The position numbers and the translations under genes were made by a program. Positions 58,301 through 64,000 of a stretch of 64,000 nt of DNA are shown here, piece by piece. This DNA is from Hypanus sabinus. Lineage: Eukaryota. The notes under the pieces were generated by a model. The model did not search any database and had not been told where the DNA came from. It was given only the letters and a program-made list of their open reading frames with translations. The stretch covers positions 1,798,001-1,862,000 of the forward strand of contig NC_082722.1 of the NCBI RefSeq assembly GCF_030144855.1, in the 5' to 3' direction. Numbering within the stretch: position 1 is the stretch's first letter; each line of letters opens with the position of its first letter.

Positions 58301-61300
58301 CCCTAATTGTCGCTTTATTATAGTCTCTGGATCTCATTTTCAGATACCTATCATTTAAATGCTGATACCCCTAATTGGGACAACGTCCACTTTGCAAATA
58401 AGATTTTGTCATTAATACCTAACCTGAATACCACACTAGCTCATCTTTTCGGGAGATTTGAACTGTGCTGTCGACCCACTGCTTGATAGGTTTAGCTCTA
58501 GCAGAACATCTTCTGGTATGGCAAAGACCTGCTCGACGTTCATGCAACAAAATCGTTATATGGATCCTTATATGAAATCAATATGAATCCATTGGTTAGG
58601 CAATTTTCTTTCTTTTCTCATGTTCACCACTCCTATTCCAGGCTAGACTATTTCTTTATAGATAGCTCTTTGATACCAATGATTAGACAAATTGAGTACA
58701 CTACTATAGTTATGTCTGATCACTTGCCCGTGAAACTAGACCTATGTTTTCCTTTAAACATTAAAGAAAGGCCTCTGTGGAGACTTAACCTCCTTTTGCT
58801 TTCAAATGAGAAATCTTGCAGTTATATATTGGCTAACATTGACACATTCTTCGAAACCAACAAAACTGAGTCAGTATCATACTCTTTACTTTGGGAAACT
58901 TTAAAAGATTACTTGACAGGTCAAATAATATCTTCTACTTCAACTGCCAATAAAGAGTGTTGGAAGGAAATGCAAGTATTATTGCAATCTATTTTGGACC
59001 CTGATAGGCAATATTCTGAGGCACCAACTGCGGAATTATATAAAAGACGGGCTGATTTGCAAGTGAAGTTTAACCTTCTATCTACAACCCTATCAGAACA
59101 ATTAATTTTAAGACACGTGGCCTTTATTATGAATATAGTGACAAGGCGAGCCGGCTTATGGCTCATCAGTTGAAGCGTCAAGCTGCATTACGATTTATTC
59201 CCCCGATAAGAGACACGCACCAAAACTTGACAAGCAATCCAAAAGAGATTAATAACCTGTTTGCAACTTTTTATTCCTCTCTGTATACCTCACAGTTTTC
59301 CTCAGATATAACAAAATGGAAATTTTTTTAGATAATTTGGAAATGCCAACTCATGAACCAGAGGAGGTGGAGAATTTAGATTGGGTTTTTGGGCAGGAAG
59401 AGATTAATAATCTCATTTTGGCAATGCAGAGTGTTAAGTCCCCTGGCACTGATAGTTATCTGATAGAATTTTATATGAAATCTAAGGATAAGGTCATACA
59501 AATCTTTCTAGAAGTGTTTCAATAATCTTTGGATAACGGTTCCTTGCCCTCTACTCTTTCAGAGGCATCTCTTTCACTCCTTTAAAAGGCCAAGGACCCG
59601 ACTCAATGTGGATCATATCGACCCATCTCACTTTTGAATGTGGATGTGAAAGTTTTGGCTAAAGTGCTTGCGTGCCGTTTAGAGCGCCCCCTTCCCAAGA
59701 TATCAGATGATTATACAGGTTTTATTAAAAATCAGCACTCTTGTTTTAATATCCGTCGACTGGCTGATGTGATTTATTCACCCAGAGATTCTCCGATTCT
59801 GGAGGTTGCTACCTCCTTGGACGCGGAGAAGGTGTTCGATAGAGTGGAGTGGGTATACTTGTTTAGTGTTTTGGAGAAATTTGGATTTGACAGAATATTT
59901 GTAACCTGGGTTAAGCTACTATATCATTCGCCTTTAGCATGTATACAGACGAATTATTCTCAATTTGACTATTTCCCATTTACACATGGCAGTTGCCAAG
60001 GCTGCCCATTGTCCCCTCTTCTTTTTGCAATTGAGTCTCTTTCTGCTGCACTTAAGTCAACTACAGTATTTCAAGGCGTTAGCAGAGGGGACGTGGAACA
60101 CCGTGTGTCCCTATATGCTGTTGACCTCCTACTTTATGTTAACGACCCTGTAGGTAGCAGTCCTGCTATTGTATTATTATTAGGTCAATTTGGAACCTTC
60201 TGTGGCTATAAACTGAACCTTCAAAAAAAACAAATGCTTTCCCATTTATAACGTGGCCCTACAGATCCGAGAAGAATCTTTATCTTTATCTCAAGGTGGT
60301 TTTGTATACCTAGGAATACACATTACTCGTACTTTTACTTCTTTGTTTGAAGCTAACTACAGACCTCAGGTTAGCCAAATGAAGGCAGATTTTGAGAGAT
60401 GGCGCAGTTTACCCCTCACTATAGCTGAGAGAATTCAATCAGTAAATATGACTACACTTCCCAGATTTCTTTATTTGTTTCAGTGCTTGCCAGTTTTCTT
60501 ATCTAAGTTATTTTTCAACTCAGTTGACCAAGCTATAACCACCTTTATTTGGGAAAACAAGGTCCCAAGGGTTAATAAACGCATTCTCCAAAGAGATTGT
60601 GACGTAGTTGGAATGGGCCTTCCTAGCTTTATTCATTATTATTGGGCATTGAACATTCAAAAGATATTATTTTGACTCCACCGGCCAGATATAAGCTGCT
60701 GCCTGCTTGACACACGGTCTTGGCACTCCTCGTCTCTCCCAGCTTTATTGTATTCTTCCTTACCATTAAAACCCTCTCAGTTCACATCTAACCCGGTCGT
60801 ACTTTCCATCCTCAAAATTTTAATCAATTTCGCTGCCTCTATATAGGTACACATCTGCTTCAGTCTTGAGCCCCATTCATAGAAACCATCTATTTCTTCC
60901 CTCCCTCCACACTCGATTCAGTTTTTAGACAATGGGGTTGGAACAGTCTTATGTGCATTACAGATTTGTACACTGATAATATATTTGATAGTTTTGATAA
61001 TTTGTGCAGTAAATATGACTTTCTGCATAATTATTTTTAAATACCTGCAGATTTGCCACTTTGTCAAGGAAATATTTCCCTCTTTTCCTGATCTACCACC
61101 TGCTATGTTGCGGGAAAAACTCACTCTTAACTTTAATGATAAAGGGCTGATCTCTGTACTATACTCTCAGCTGATGTTTTTGGCAGTTCAAGATCTAAAC
61201 AAAACTAAGACTAGGTGGGAGGATGACCTTCGTGTGGATCTGGCTGAGGAATATTGGGCAAAAGCATTGAATAGGGTTCAGTCCTCGTCATAATGTGCGA

Positions 61301-61960
61301 GACTGGGGCTCATTCATCTTAAAGTTTTACACAGAGCATACTTAATAAAGCCAGGCTTGCTGACATATATCCTGGGAGAGACACTGTCTGTGACAGGTGT
61401 TCCTTCTCCTGCTGGTTTAGTGCATGCATTTTGGTCTTGCGCTCGGCTTGATAACTCTTGGGCACTGGCTTATCAGTGATGTTTTGGGGGGGACATTGAG
61501 ACCTTGCCTGCTTATAGCTGCATTTGGTGTGGTAGATGATGCTTTGGGTTTAAATGCAAACCAGTTGGATATCATTGCATTTACATCGCTATTGGCCCGT
61601 AGGAGAATCTTGCTGGTCTGGAAATCTGCCACTCCCCCATCTGCTGCTGCTTGGTTAGAGGGCGTAATGCTTTTTCTGAAATTAGAAAAGATTAAATTGA
61701 ATTCGAGGGGGTCTGTGAAAAAATTCTATTCGAAATGGGGACCTTTCCTGTCATGTTTTGTGAATCTTAAGGAATTACCTACTAATTGAAGACATTTGAT
61801 TGGAATTGGGAAGTTGCTCCCCTTTTAACACACATATGGTTTACCTCACAGGGTGGTCGATAAATTGTAATATGAATGTATTCTGGATCATCCGACATGT
61901 TGTGGATGAGTATGGGCCTTCGTCCTGAAGGTGTGTGGGGGCATGGCTGTGCAATTTCCG
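55400..61960 (+). mobile_element. Near full-length decayed L1-clade LINE (ORF1p; ORF2 APE-RT-Cys-rich), interrupted by solo LTR 2
   Basis: ORF1p LDDLENRSRRSNLRVVGIAE..AHRV..PR (55857-56258). APE VKRAKVFSQLKQLKTDILFLQE (~58090). RT YRPISLLNVDVKVLAK, SLDAEKVFDRVEW and QGCPLSPLLF (59610-60251). C-terminal CDRC..HAFWSC (~61390-61440). ORF2 stops at 61787-61789. Confidence 0.92.
57045..58044 (+). mobile_element. Solo LTR 2 (same family as LTR 1)
   Basis: TGTCAT...ATGACA termini, perfect TSD GATGG (57040-57044 / 58045-58049), 1000 bp long. Confidence 0.92.
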
Positions 61961-62039
61961 TACTCTTATTTGTGAAGTGTTGTATTTATCGCGTCGAGCC
62001 GCATCTCTCGGACATTTGCCCTCACCCCACTTTCCCGCT

Positions 62040-63880
62040 GTCTTAACAGGACAGAGTTCCTCTTCTTGCACCTACTACCCCAGTAGCCTCTGTATCAAGC
62101 ACATTACTCTCTGCAACAGCCTCCATCTTAAACTGGATCTTACCAGAAGACACTTCCTTACCTCACCCACACCCGCTGATCTCCGATTTTCCCAAGGATC
62201 GCTCCATTCATTTTTCCCTTGCCCATCTGCCCCGCCCAGCAATCTCCCTCTTAGCATTTTTTCCAGGAAAAAACAAATTGATTCACCAGCTGTACACTTC
62301 CTCCCCCACCCAGCTAGCTTCATTTATCACCTCCCAGCGACTCTCTCTGCTTGCTTCTTGACCCACCTTTCCAGACTTGATGTAAGGTCTAGACCTGAAT
62401 CATCCACTATTTTTTGCCTATACCTGACCTACTGCGTTCCTCCATATTTTTTTTTGTGTGATAGTCTGCATCTCCAGCATCTGCACAGCCCATTGTGCTT
62501 ATAACAGACTGATCGGTTTTGGAAGAGAATTGAAATGCCAGAAAACAGGAAAATGAAGAAGTCTGGTGGCGGCAAATTGCAAATACAACAATTGGATTGT
62601 TCAGCTGATTGGTCAACAATCGGCTTACCCCAACTTCATTTTTTTTGCCGATTCAGAGAGGCCATATCAAGAACAACAAATGTAGAGGCGGCATTGGACA
62701 GGAATCTCTGCTTCAACAGGAAAAGTTTTTATTTGAGGTGCTTAATTGAATTGCATTGCAACCGTTGTGATTGCAGAGGAACATTTTCTCTTACATTCAA
62801 TCGGATATGTTTCAGTTTGAAATAAGAGACAATCTTCAGCTGCTGGAAACCAAAACGTGGAATACTTAACAAACCAGGCAGCGTTTGTAGAAAAGAGTAA
62901 ACAGTCGATGTTTCGGCTGAAATCCCTCACCGGGGCTGGAAATAGAGATGAGATGTCAGTGTAAGAAGTTGTGAGGAGGAATGGAAGAAGTAGAAAGTAG
63001 GAGGATATAGGGCAAACTGGAAAAGGGGATCAATGAAGTAAAGAACTGGGAAGTGGATTGACGAAAGAAGTGAAGGGCTGGAGACGGAGAATCTGATGGG
63101 AGAGGACAGAGGCCGTGGATGAAGGGGAAGGGGGAGGAGCATCAGAGTGAGGAGATGGGCAGCTAAGGAAGCAAAGGGAGAGTGGCAAACGCGAATGGAG
63201 AATGGCAATGGAGAGCTGCGCAATTACTGGGATCGAAAAATCGATGACATGCCATCGAATTGGAGGTAACCCAGAGGGAATATAACGTGTTAATCTTGCA
63301 ACCTGACTGTGGTTTCATCGCTGCTATAGAGGAGGCCATAGACCGACATGTCGGAACGGAAAGGGAAGTAGAACTGAACTGAGTGGCCAGCGGGAGATTC
63401 CGCTTTATTATAGCGGACGGAGCGCAGGTGCTTGACGAAGCAGGCCCCTCATATGGGTCTGGTCTCATTAATTATATTACCCCAGAAACACCGGATATAA
63501 TAGCATACCAACCCATCAGCCTCCATATTCAACACAAAATGTACAGCAACCTCCACCATCTACAACGTTCGCACTGCAATCACATCTGTCCTTCTCCTCC
63601 ACACTACTTTCTGCTTTCTGCAGCGATCACTCCCTATACGACTTCCTTGTCCATTTGTCCCCCCTTAGTGATCTCTCTCCTGGCACTTATCCTTGCTAGC
63701 AGAGCAAGCAGCGCTTTCCCTTGCAAGCCACATGTGCCCTATACCGCCACCCTCACTACTATTCAGCGTTCAATCAGTCCTTCCTGGAGAAGCGACACTT
63801 CACGTGTGAGTTTCTTGGTGTCATCTACTGGTTCGGGTGCTCCTGCTGTAACACGTCCGCTCTGTTGTGTCTTTCAACGC
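62040..63880. mobile_element. Cluster of Penelope-like fragments in alternating orientation (+ 62040-62490, - 62830-63480, + 63490-63880)
   Basis: Pyrimidine-rich PLE 3' regions and their purine-rich inverse, plus CGACACTTCACGTGTGAG..GTGTCATCTACTGG (endonuclease segment). Confidence 0.6.
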
Positions 63881-63884
63881 AAAA

Positions 63885-64000
63885 CCATAAGAACATAAGA
63901 TATAGGTGTAAGGTAGGCCATTCGGCCCAATCAGACTGCTCTGCCATTCAATCATGGTCTGATCCAATTCCTCCAGTCATTCCTACTCCCCTGCCTTCTA
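63885..64000 (-). mobile_element. CR1 3' tail running off the window end
   Basis: AACCATAAGAACATAAGATATAGG.. is the reverse complement of the CR1 tail seen elsewhere in the window. Confidence 0.65.

Overview
Vertebrate genomic DNA, most likely a cartilaginous fish. This is inferred from the repeat mix (CR1, Penelope-like, Rex1/Babar, sushi-type Gypsy) and the gene type; no database was consulted. Most of the window is decayed, often nested, transposable elements. One apparently intact host gene can be assembled by hand on the + strand at 23465-36847. It has 7 coding exons with GT-AG junctions, consistent phases and 1080 nt (359 aa), with no internal stop. It encodes a type I membrane Ig-superfamily receptor: leader, one V domain ending in a germline-joined J-like G-x-G-T strand, one C1-set domain, an uncharged TM helix, and a tail with two ITIMs and an ITSM. 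This is a non-rearranging, antigen-receptor-like VJ-C1 ectodomain on a SIRPalpha/PD-1-type inhibitory tail, and its V domain is unusually short in the C'/C'' region. Secondary highlights are three related solo LTRs with 5-bp TSDs, each inside a LINE, and a 28-copy CpG-rich 16-bp minisatellite that has grown from a motif present once in a sister LTR. TE boundaries are approximate unless a TSD is quoted. No CRISPR array, rRNA or genuine tRNA gene was seen.
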